Of a stretch of DNA of 64,000 nt, positions 55,499-64,000 are shown in pieces; within the stretch, counting starts at the first letter, position 1, and each line of letters begins with the position of its first letter. The notes below the pieces were generated by a model. That model was not told where the DNA came from. It saw nothing but the letters and a program-made list of their open reading frames with translations, and did not search any database. The stretch comes from an uncultured bacterium (GTDB lineage: Bacteria; Fidelibacterota; Marinisomatia; Marinisomatales; TCS56): the NCBI GenBank assembly GCA_964539785.1, contig CAZIJQ010000001.1, forward strand, positions 118 to 64,117, in the 5' to 3' direction. Both the position numbers and the translations under genes were made by a program.

Positions 55499-57877
55499 TA
55501 TTTCAACAAAACCATCTTCCTGGTCTGGACGTATTCTCCCGCCCGTATCTGATAGAAATACATCCCGCTTGGAACGTTGGTTGCATCCCATTGGATGGAT
55601 TGGTGTCCTGCCTCCTGCGTCTCTGACACTAACGTGGTTACCTTCCTGCCAAGCAGATCGTAAATTGATAATCTGTACATCTGACCTTTGCGGCAGTTCA
55701 TAATTAATTGTAGTTGTTGGATTGAAGGGATTGGGGTAGTTGCCCTTGAGCACAAATTCCTGCAGCATTGCTCCTGTTCTATCATCCACACTTAATTCAG
55801 CACCGGCCCAGTCCAGAGCCAGGCGGAAGGGGCTGACATTGTAATTAAAATAATCCCAGGCACCGACCCAGTAGTCGGTTGTGGTACTTGTGCTGTAATC
55901 CCGGGCATACAAGCTCATGATATCGAAACCAAAATAGGCTGCCTTACTGGAGCCATAAGTACCGTAGATAGCAGTTGTGTAGAGTGTTGTTCCATCATCT
56001 GTCCCAGTAGTTGTATCGACCTCACCATCGTGACCTTCAAAGGCAATAATCGCACCGGTTCCGCCATCAATTCCGTCTAACAAGTTGGTATGTTGGGGGT
56101 CATATTCAGGATCATAATCCAGAACAGCATTGCTGTCTGCCAGGAAGGTCGCCATTGGTCCGCTGACATTATCACCGGCAATTGGGAATAACCTTGATAT
56201 ATCCCCACCATTAATATCCGGGTAATAATGAGCGATACCTATATCTTCAGCAAAGTCACCAGCCGGAATATCCATACTCTCGGACGGCCAGCCGTATCTG
56301 GCGCCCAGCCATTCATCACCCTCAACAACGTATATTTTATTACCGCTTGCAAACCAGGGCTGCAGAATTGTATCGGAATTGAACTCCGGAAATCCCTGGG
56401 ATGTTATTTCCAGTATCACATCATAATAATCTACAATTTCGTTAGTAATATTGCCCCAGCTTGCATCCCAGACATCCAACGCGTCGGTACCCCATTCATA
56501 GTACAGATACGGTACATACATAACATTCCCGTACAGTGGATCAGTATTGTTGAAGCACAGCCCGTGGCCGGCTATAGCCTGAAAAATGTAATAAGATGTG
56601 GTGGGCGATGTCATTGAATGTCCACCTACGTCTGTTGCTTTAACCCACCAGTAGACAGTCGTACCGGGTTCCTGTCCTGGTATTTCGCCACTCCAGGTGC
56701 CATCAAGGGAAGTGCCAGAAGTCAAAGATAAGGGAATTTCATTAACTTCTGCTGTTGTGGAATCGAGTTGAAATAAAACTGATACACTGTCTATACCTGC
56801 TGCACCACCGGAAGGATTGTTGTCAGCAATATCTACATCCACATGGCGGGGTTCAGTTGATGCTGTCGTAAGCAAACGTGTTATATCGCCGAACCGTGGA
56901 CGAGGACAACTAGGGAACAACACAGCCAGCTCAAAATTAAACACCCAGTGGCGGATATGCCAGCCGCCGCTGCCGGAGGTTCCTCCGCAACCGCCATAGA
57001 ATTTTAATGCTACTCAGGGATCATTAAATCCTAGAGGATCGGCATCCGCATACCAGAAAGCAGTGGGTTCATCATCACCACCGCCGGCTCCGGAAAAATA
57101 GACCAGCACGCCTACCCATGTGCCTGCTCCAACAACCGGCTCTGTGCCATACGCTGATGTGGCAATCCAATTATCCTGGACTTCATCTGAATTACCCGGG
57201 TTGTTGATCGGATCAAGGGTAGCGGCAGTGAACCCATCGGGCCAGATCAGGCCCTGCCATGGAATTCCAGGAGGTCCGGATGGAGAATCTACCTGACCGA
57301 GTGGATCGGCGGCGTAATTGGCAACCGGTGTCGCACCAGAGGAGCATACGGGTGCTGTTCCAGATGGAGTATAGACATTTCCATCAAATACCATCCCACC
57401 TGAATCCGGTATCATATCGTAACCGCCAATCCAGCCCTGTCCATCGACCGTGGTTTGTGGATAGGAAATATAGTTGCCAGCGCTATCAAGTCCGTAGGGA
57501 TAGGTCAATTCATACAGGGCTACCGTCAATTGCTGGTCGCCGGTACCCCATTCGTTAACGGGTACGTTTACGCCCTTGATGTAACCATCGACCGGCATCT
57601 GAAACGCCACAATCATGGCATCGCCAGGGGACTGAATGAAAGCTGAATTCCAGGTATCGGAATAGGACATGGTATCAGCTACATCACGCTGGTGATTGTT
57701 TACTCGAATCCGATTCACCCGTCCGCCGGGGCGGATATCAGGATCAATGATCTGGGTTTGGAAAAATGATTGTCCGGTGTTTTTTTCTAGAGTAGGTAGT
57801 ATATGCGTGGTTTCCTGCCCCTCCACTATCATGACAGAAAACAGAATAAGCCCAAAAATGTTAAGAACATAACCCAT
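55498..57877 (-). pseudogene. disrupted T9SS cargo gene, paralogous to 52530..53708 with an extra ~400-aa central region
   Basis: In-frame TGA at 57014-57016 where the paralogue has Trp (NDP*VALKFYG versus NDPWVGLKFYG). A 1-nt frameshift near 55660-55675 lies inside the sorting domain: frame 1 ends ..ELPQRSDVQI and frame 2 continues SIYDLLGRKV..GMYFYQIRAGEYVQTRKMVLLK*. Confidence 0.7.
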
Positions 57878-57969
57878 ATTTACACCAATGTTGTAGCCAG
57901 AATTGTTATAATGTACAATAAAACAACGGTAAAGAAAAGAAAATCAGGTCGAGCTGCGGAACGGAATAA

Positions 57970-58524
57970 TCAGGCCATACCGCCGAAACCGGCCAGGTGG
58001 GCGGTATCTATGCCAAACGAGCGCGCGGCGGCATTCCACATTTTGGCATCCGGTGTATCATAAATGAAATCCATTTCCACCGATTGCACCAGCCAGTCAC
58101 CGTTTTCGATTTCACGCTCCAGTTGATTTTTACCCCAGCCGGCGTGTCCCAACATCAACCGGAAACGGTTGGGACCCTTATTATTACGAATATCGCGAAT
58201 GATTATTTTACTGCTGGTAATGGACAATTGGTCGGAAACCGGCTGCGTGTCTTCCAGTTTGTATTCGGCCGAGTGCAGAACGATTCCGCGTTCCAGCATG
58301 ACCGGACCGCCAAAATACACTTTGGGAACCGCTACCAGGAATTCATTTTCTTCCGTTTCCGGAGCGAAGATTTCCTTCAGGTCGGCTTCACCCAGCGGCT
58401 TGTTGATCACCAGGCCCATGGCACCTTCTTTATCATGCTCGCAAAGATAGACTACCGAGCGTCCGAAATAGGGGTCGGTCAGTTGGGGCATGGATATGAG
58501 GATGTGATTTTTCAACGATGCCAT
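57970..58524 (-). CDS. yqgE: YqgE/AlgH family protein (UPF0301)
   Basis: LISMPQLTDPYFGRSVVYLCEHDKEGAMGLVINKP signature. Confidence 0.85.
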   Translation of the reverse strand: MASLKNHILISMPQLTDPYFGRSVVYLCEHDKEGAMGLVINKPLGEADLKEIFAPETEENEFLVAVPKVYFGGPVMLERGIVLHSAEYKLEDTQPVSDQLSITSSKIIIRDIRNNKGPNRFRLMLGHAGWGKNQLEREIENGDWLVQSVEMDFIYDTPDAKMWNAAARSFGIDTAHLAGFGGMA

Positions 58525-58735
58525 ACCGCAAATTATAGCCCTATTCCGTTATGTCCAATGATTGATATGATTCACCAACAATTTTATTGAGCCGGAAAAC
58601 CGTATAAAAGGCGTACAAAACAGTAAATATTTATTTAAATCCCCGTGTTGCACTGGTAAATTCTGGGATGATCTGGCCACAATCACGCCGCCGTTGCCAC
58701 CAATTTGCCTACCCGAAAATCAGGAAATCTCAAGA

Positions 58736-61567
58736 ATGACCAAACCAGCCGACCGCATAATTATCAAGGGGGCGCGTCAGCATAATCTGAAAAATATTGA
58801 TGTAGAAATACTCCGCGATAAACTGGTGGTTATTACCGGTCTATCCGGCTCGGGAAAATCTTCACTGGCATTTGATACCATCTACGCCGAAGGCCAACGG
58901 CGCTACGTAGAATCGTTGTCATCTTATGCCCGCCAGTTTCTGGGGTTGATGGAAAAGCCGGATATGGATTATATCGAAGGCCTGTCACCGGCAATTTCCA
59001 TTGAGCAAAAAGCCACCATGCGTAACCCTCGTTCGACCGTGGGAACAGTAACGGAAATCTATGATTATTTAAGACTACTCTATGCCCATATCGGTAAGCC
59101 CCATTGCTGGGTCTGTGGTAAGCCGATTCAAAAGCAGACCGTACAGCAAATCGTCGATACGGTGGCAGAATTTGAGCTGGAAAAACGAATCTATGTCCTG
59201 GCGCCGGTGGTGCGCAGTCGCAAAGGTGCCTATAAAGGTGTATTTGAGGAAATCAAACGGGAAGGCTTTTTACGGGTCAGGGTGGATGGCAAAATTCGTA
59301 CTCTGGATCAACCGATTGAGCTTGAAAAGAATAAAAAGCACGATATCGAAGTGGTTGTCGATCGCCTGGTACTGGCCGATGATTTTAAAGAGCGCCTCAC
59401 CGAGTCGGTGGAACTGGCACTGAAGATTGGTTCGGGGCTGGTGATAATTCATGAATTGCCCAAAACCGATCACATGTTCAGTGAAAACTACGCCTGCCTG
59501 GATCATCCGGAAGCCTCTCTGCCGGAAATGGAACCGCGCCTGTTTTCGTTTAACACCCCCCAGGGTGCCTGTCCCAAATGCAGCGGACTTGGATTTCACA
59601 TGGAAATTGACCCTGACCTGGTGGTGCCCGATCGTGGTAAATCGCTTATTCAGGGCGCCGTGGTACCCCTTGGTGAACAGCCCCGCGGTAATTGGTACGG
59701 CAGCATACTTAAAAGCCTGGCGCAACATTATAAATTCAAATTCACTACTCCCTGGTTCAAGCTTGATTCGGCTGTGCGCGAAATGCTGTTGTTCGGTACC
59801 GGTTCAAAAAAAATGAAAATGCATTATTCCTCTGATCGCTGGACCGGGGTCTATGAAGGTGGCTGGGAAGGCGCAATTCCCAATCTTAAACGGCGTTACA
59901 AACAAACTTCCTCCAGCGGAATTCGGGAATGGATCGAGCAGTTTATGCGGATGCAGCCCTGCCAGGATTGCGAAGGCACTCGCCTGAAGCCCGAAAGCCG
60001 GGCGGTGACGATTGCCGATCATAATCTGGGACAGATATCCCGGCTGTCGATCAGGGATATCAGGCATTTTTTCGAGGGATTGCAGCTGGGTAAAAATGAA
60101 GCGATCATAGCCCAGCAGATTCTGAAAGAAGTCAGTGAGCGCCTAAGTTTTCTGGTGGATGTGGGTTTGGATTACCTGACACTCGATCGCACAGCCACAA
60201 CTTTGTCCGGCGGTGAGTCCCAGCGGATTCGCCTCGCTACCCAGATCGGCTCCCAATTGATGGGCGTGCTCTATATTCTTGATGAACCATCAATCGGTCT
60301 GCATTCGCGTGACAACCAGCGCCTGTTGAATACTTTGATGAAATTAAGAGATATCGGGAACTCAATTTTAGTGGTTGAGCACGACCGGGAAACAATCAAA
60401 TCGGCGGACCAGGTCATTGACCTGGGGCCCGGAGCAGGCGAACGGGGCGGCGAGATTGTATTTAGTGGTACGCCACAGGAATTACTGGCTGATGGCAATT
60501 CCATTACCGGTCAGTATTTATCCGGTAAAAAGGTTATTCCGGTTCCGGGTGAGCGTCGACCGGGATTTGGAAAACAGCTGATTCTGAAAGGCTGCCGTGG
60601 CAACAATCTCAAAAATATTAATGTTGAATTTCCCATGGGAAAATTCATAGTTGTTACTGGTGTATCCGGGAGCGGTAAGAGTACATTGGTCAATGAAACC
60701 TTGTATCCGATTCTGGCCCGTGATCTTCATAAAGCCCGGAAATATCCCTTGAAATATGATACAATAGATGGTTTGCAATATCTTGACAAAGTGGTGGATA
60801 TCGATCAGCGACCAATCGGTCGCACGCCCCGCTCAAACCCGGCCACCTATACCGGTGTATTTACTTTTATTCGGGATTTGTTTGCCCAGCTACCGGAATC
60901 CAAAATTCGCGGCTATAAACCGGGACGTTTTTCCTTCAATGTGAAAGGCGGAAGATGCAATTCTTGTGACGGTGACGGAATAATAAAAATCGAAATGAAT
61001 TTCCTTCCCGATGTGTACGTAACCTGCGAAGTTTGTCATGGCGCCCGCTACAATCGGGAAACCCTGGAAATCACCTATCGGGATAAAAATATTGCCGACG
61101 TTTTGAATATGTCAGTGGAAGAAGCACGAGTGTTTTTCCAGAATATTCCGCCGGTAAAAAAGAAAATGGATACCTTATACGAGGTTGGGTTAGGCTATAT
61201 CCGGCTGGGCCAGCAGGCAACGACCCTTTCCGGCGGCGAAGCCCAGCGCGTTAAACTGGCCACGGAATTATCCCGCCAGACACGCGACAGATCGCTGTAT
61301 ATCCTCGATGAACCGACTACCGGTTTGCATTTCGAAGATGTAAATATGCTTTTGGCAGTATTGCAGCGTCTGGTGGATAAGGGCCATACCGTTATTGTGA
61401 TCGAGCATAACATGGAAGTGATTAAATGCGCTGACTGGGTAATCGATTTAGGTCCCGAAGGCGGGGACAAGGGTGGTAATGTTGTCTTTGGCGGTACTCC
61501 GGAGAATCTGGTCCGGCAGAATAATTCATACACTGCCCCGTTTTTAAAACAGGTTCTGGAAACTTGA
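58736..61567 (+). CDS. uvrA: excinuclease ABC subunit A
   Basis: [16 protein letters not shown], two ABC modules ([39 protein letters not shown]), zinc modules (CxxC). ATG at 58736 preferred over the track TTG at 58694. Confidence 0.95.
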   Translation: MTKPADRIIIKGARQHNLKNIDVEILRDKLVVITGLSGSGKSSLAFDTIYAEGQRRYVESLSSYARQFLGLMEKPDMDYIEGLSPAISIEQKATMRNPRSTVGTVTEIYDYLRLLYAHIGKPHCWVCGKPIQKQTVQQIVDTVAEFELEKRIYVLAPVVRSRKGAYKGVFEEIKREGFLRVRVDGKIRTLDQPIELEKNKKHDIEVVVDRLVLADDFKERLTESVELALKIGSGLVIIHELPKTDHMFSENYACLDHPEASLPEMEPRLFSFNTPQGACPKCSGLGFHMEIDPDLVVPDRGKSLIQGAVVPLGEQPRGNWYGSILKSLAQHYKFKFTTPWFKLDSAVREMLLFGTGSKKMKMHYSSDRWTGVYEGGWEGAIPNLKRRYKQTSSSGIREWIEQFMRMQPCQDCEGTRLKPESRAVTIADHNLGQISRLSIRDIRHFFEGLQLGKNEAIIAQQILKEVSERLSFLVDVGLDYLTLDRTATTLSGGESQRIRLATQIGSQLMGVLYILDEPSIGLHSRDNQRLLNTLMKLRDIGNSILVVEHDRETIKSADQVIDLGPGAGERGGEIVFSGTPQELLADGNSITGQYLSGKKVIPVPGERRPGFGKQLILKGCRGNNLKNINVEFPMGKFIVVTGVSGSGKSTLVNETLYPILARDLHKARKYPLKYDTIDGLQYLDKVVDIDQRPIGRTPRSNPATYTGVFTFIRDLFAQLPESKIRGYKPGRFSFNVKGGRCNSCDGDGIIKIEMNFLPDVYVTCEVCHGARYNRETLEITYRDKNIADVLNMSVEEARVFFQNIPPVKKKMDTLYEVGLGYIRLGQQATTLSGGEAQRVKLATELSRQTRDRSLYILDEPTTGLHFEDVNMLLAVLQRLVDKGHTVIVIEHNMEVIKCADWVIDLGPEGGDKGGNVVFGGTPENLVRQNNSYTAPFLKQVLET

Positions 61568-61571
61568 AAAA

Positions 61572-63446
61572 CTAAGCGCTGCTATTAACGCGATTACGAC
61601 CTTCGGATTTTGCCTTATACAATCGTGAATCGGCAATTTCCAATATATCCTGGGTAGCCTGATCCTCATCAGGAACGGCAACTGCAACGCCGACCGAAAT
61701 AGTCACGAATTTACTGGCAGTTGAATGGCCATGGGGAACAGCCATCTTTTCAATGCTGCTGCGGATTTTTTCAGCGATTTTAACTGCGCCAGTTAGTTCC
61801 GTATCCGGCAGAATGACACAGAATTCCTCACCACCGTACCGGGCTACCAGGTCAGCCGGACGATTTACGCATTTTTTCATGGTTGAAGCCACGGATTGCA
61901 GACATTCATCACCAGCGAGATGTCCGTAATTATCATTATATTTCTTAAAATAATCGATATCACACATAATAACAGCCAGACTTTCTTTGCTACGCTTCAT
62001 TCTCTGAAATTCAATTTTCAGTGAATTATCAAGGCGTCGCCGGTTAGCGATGCCCGTGAGTCCGTCGATCCTTGTTAGCGCTTTTAAACGCTTGTTGGCT
62101 TTCTGTAATTCAACTGTGCGGGCGGTAACAGTCCCTTCGAGATTATCTTTGTTGCGGCGTAGTTCCCGCTCCTGATTCTCGATGGTTTGGAGGGTGTTGA
62201 AAAAACGGTAGGACAGGAGAAAGGCCTGGGCAATCATAAAAATTAAAAAGCCATAGGTGGTTGTATAACCGGTAAAAATAATCTCAGCCGAAACAAGTAA
62301 ATCGTTAATGAAAGACGCAAAAAGAATAACAGTGGCAAACAGAAAAATACGGGAACCAACCCGCTTGTGGAGCACCGATTGAATACTGGTATATAAATAA
62401 ATTATACTGGCAATTATGCTGATCGGAAAAAACATAATCAGGGTACGGGTGAATATCCAGGGTGGAGTTAAAATTACCACTGCGGCAAATAGCAGGCAGA
62501 CCACCAGAATGATTCTGGCCAGGCGCCGTGGAAAATCGTCCGGGAACAAAGACTGTTGGAATTTCATGAATAAAGGAATTCCAAGATATACGGTCAGGTA
62601 TTCCAGTCGAATTAAAGCCCACCAGGGGAAATTGGGGAAAAAATGGTGGATTGGGATATCTCCGGTCAACAGCGCCCGGATGCCGATGGTCAGGGCAAAT
62701 AGACCGAAATAGAATGGTGTTCGGGTATAATCCCGCAAAGAATACATACCCATGTGATATAGTCCGATTATTATCAGGCTGCCGATTATCAACAGATTTA
62801 CAACCAGGTTGAAATCGTTATCCTGCCGAATATTTCGTTCGGACCCCACAGTTGCCATGGTCCAAAATCCACCCTGTTTGTGGTAAAAATTGGAAACCTG
62901 GATAATGATGTCAACCTGTGGTCTATCAACGGTAAAATCTAAAATCATTGGATAATATTCAGGTTGCATGGCAACCCTGGAATCAGCCGGGTAACCGGCT
63001 TGGCCAATTTCAACGCCGTTAATAAATATTCTGGCAGCAGTACTGAATGACTTCACTCGCAGAGCCAGATTTTTATTCACATCGTTAGCGTTTAAAATCA
63101 GTTGTGCGTGATAAGTACCGATACCAAATCCGCCAATTGGTTCGCCATCATACATATAATTGTCCCAGGGTCCGGGAACTGCTATTAGGCCGTCAGGTTG
63201 ATTGGCGAGCGTTAAAATGGAGTCAGGATTGATAAACTTATTATAATAAAAATTCCACTCCCCACGCAGCTTATAGCTGTCATGTTCAACCAGCGACCAA
63301 TTAGCTAAATCTACTTTACCGCCAATGAGCCCGGGCGGGGATGCAATTGTTGAGAAATCATCGCTGAAGGTAATGGTAAACATACCGACCAACAGAAATA
63401 TTTTGAGCAGCAGGGCAGGTTTGTGATTGATGGGCATTATGATCAT
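61572..63446 (-). CDS. 7TM-DISM receptor diguanylate cyclase (GGDEF)
   Basis: Extracytoplasmic 7TMR-DISMED2-like domain, 7 TM helices, coiled coil, then a GGDEF domain with RYGGEEF and DxLTG..NRR. Confidence 0.85.
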   Translation of the reverse strand: MIIMPINHKPALLLKIFLLVGMFTITFSDDFSTIASPPGLIGGKVDLANWSLVEHDSYKLRGEWNFYYNKFINPDSILTLANQPDGLIAVPGPWDNYMYDGEPIGGFGIGTYHAQLILNANDVNKNLALRVKSFSTAARIFINGVEIGQAGYPADSRVAMQPEYYPMILDFTVDRPQVDIIIQVSNFYHKQGGFWTMATVGSERNIRQDNDFNLVVNLLIIGSLIIIGLYHMGMYSLRDYTRTPFYFGLFALTIGIRALLTGDIPIHHFFPNFPWWALIRLEYLTVYLGIPLFMKFQQSLFPDDFPRRLARIILVVCLLFAAVVILTPPWIFTRTLIMFFPISIIASIIYLYTSIQSVLHKRVGSRIFLFATVILFASFINDLLVSAEIIFTGYTTTYGFLIFMIAQAFLLSYRFFNTLQTIENQERELRRNKDNLEGTVTARTVELQKANKRLKALTRIDGLTGIANRRRLDNSLKIEFQRMKRSKESLAVIMCDIDYFKKYNDNYGHLAGDECLQSVASTMKKCVNRPADLVARYGGEEFCVILPDTELTGAVKIAEKIRSSIEKMAVPHGHSTASKFVTISVGVAVAVPDEDQATQDILEIADSRLYKAKSEGRNRVNSSA

Positions 63447-63756
63447 GATAAAGTTGCAGTGATATTTATATTAAAATCAAAGAGTTTTATTGAAAGCAAT
63501 CCAACCGGATTAGGTAGTATCCCGTTAATTGAAAAATTTTAGAATTGCCTTCAGTAAATCTGGAATGATGGTGATTAATGATATTAATTTCCGGGGCTTT
63601 TAAACATTTGCCGAACACTATGAAAAATTATTACATCGAACCCCCGCAGTGCCGCCTTCTAGAATATGTTGTATAATTTGGCAAACTTATTGAATTGCCT
63701 GTTTTAGGCCTGGGGATTAACTATTTCAATCTCGCCATAATCTTAAGGAGAACGCC

Positions 63757-64000
63757 ATGACGACCCTTTCCACACAACGCCAAGCCTTTAAATACTGGGA
63801 AATCATTAAGGATCTTTCTGATCAATGTATTGATATTATGCTCAATCTGAGCCAGAGCGGTCATCCCGGAGGATCTCGGTCTAAAGTGCATGTAATGCTG
63901 GTAACCATGCTTTCCGGTGTTATGCAGTGGGATGTACGTAATCCCGGAAAGCGTTTTGGCGATAAATTTGTGCTCAGTGCCGGACACACCAATCCCATGG
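63757..64000 (+). CDS. tkt: transketolase, N-terminal part; runs off the window and is absent from the ORF track
   Basis: AAGGAG Shine-Dalgarno at 63745-50 and ATG at 63757. Translation is MTTLSTQRQAFKYWEIIKDLSDQCIDIMLNLSQSGHPGGSRSK..FVLSAGHTNPM (SGHPGGS and SAGH motifs). Confidence 0.8.
   Translation, partial: MTTLSTQRQAFKYWEIIKDLSDQCIDIMLNLSQSGHPGGSRSKVHVMLVTMLSGVMQWDVRNPGKRFGDKFVLSAGHTNPM

Noticed and set aside
55498-55791. The 97-aa ORF treated as an independent small T9SS-domain gene.
   Set aside because: Its first ~40 residues are out-of-frame translation of the preceding gene. Only the part after the frameshift matches a sorting domain, so it is the displaced C-terminus of the disrupted cargo gene.
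57014-57016. The in-frame TGA at a conserved Trp position could indicate an alternative genetic code (UGA = Trp).
   Set aside because: TGA ends several well-supported genes in this window at homology-consistent positions. Examples are the sdhC stop in the ATGA overlap at 17954-17957, the lipoprotein stop at 10864-10866 and the cargo gene stop at 52530-52532. A nonsense mutation or a sequence error is more parsimonious.
63721-63987. An 88-aa minus-strand ORF at the right edge.
   Set aside because: It is antisense to a plus-strand ORF with a Shine-Dalgarno, an ATG and clear transketolase N-terminal motifs (SGHPGGS, SAGH) that runs off the window.
1-64000. CRISPR arrays, rRNA, tmRNA or other structured RNA genes.
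   Set aside because: No direct-repeat/spacer periodicity and no conserved RNA motifs were seen in any intergenic region. The largest intergenic gap (16716-17168) is explained by the leader/attenuator and the sdhC promoter region.

Overview
A 64-kb chromosomal window with about 50 genes and no rRNA, tRNA or CRISPR. The organism looks like an FCB-superphylum-type Gram-negative bacterium. Supporting features are T9SS C-terminal sorting domains (..NYPNPFNP..GIYFYRLQ..K*), an ExbB-ExbD-ExbD-TonB cluster and lipid A genes.

Most of the window is housekeeping: ppdK, Wolinella-type sdh/frd CAB, S41 peptidase, lpxB/lpxK, fabA, acyl-CoA dehydrogenase with etfBA, uvrA, yqgE, transporters, and a partial transketolase at the right edge that the ORF track misses.

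The accessory-looking part is 48.9-57.9 kb, a run of T9SS cargo genes showing decay and rearrangement.

Main findings:
1. A ~1.8-kb IS-like insertion (53717-55498) has 18-19 bp terminal inverted repeats and a 4-bp TATT duplication. It sits exactly in the junction between two paralogous T9SS cargo genes. Its only cargo is two overlapping paralogous multi-HTH proteins (DUF1670-like, from memory), with no recognisable transposase.
2. A 30-codon leader ORF with tandem Trp codons, an antiterminator/terminator pair and a U-tract lies directly upstream of a ParB/Srx-like gene plus trpB2. This looks like a ribosome-mediated Trp attenuator.
3. The ParB/Srx-like plus TrpB2 pair may be a free serine kinase coupled to an O-phosphoserine-dependent tryptophan synthase.
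4. A lipid A operon carries an ICMT/LmtA-like methyltransferase and a GnnA-like oxidoreductase.
5. An FG-GAP/UnbV-sensor histidine kinase with an NtrC-type regulator lies next to a very Tyr/Trp-rich lipoprotein and an outer-membrane barrel.

All functional calls come from motif recognition by eye. No searches were run.
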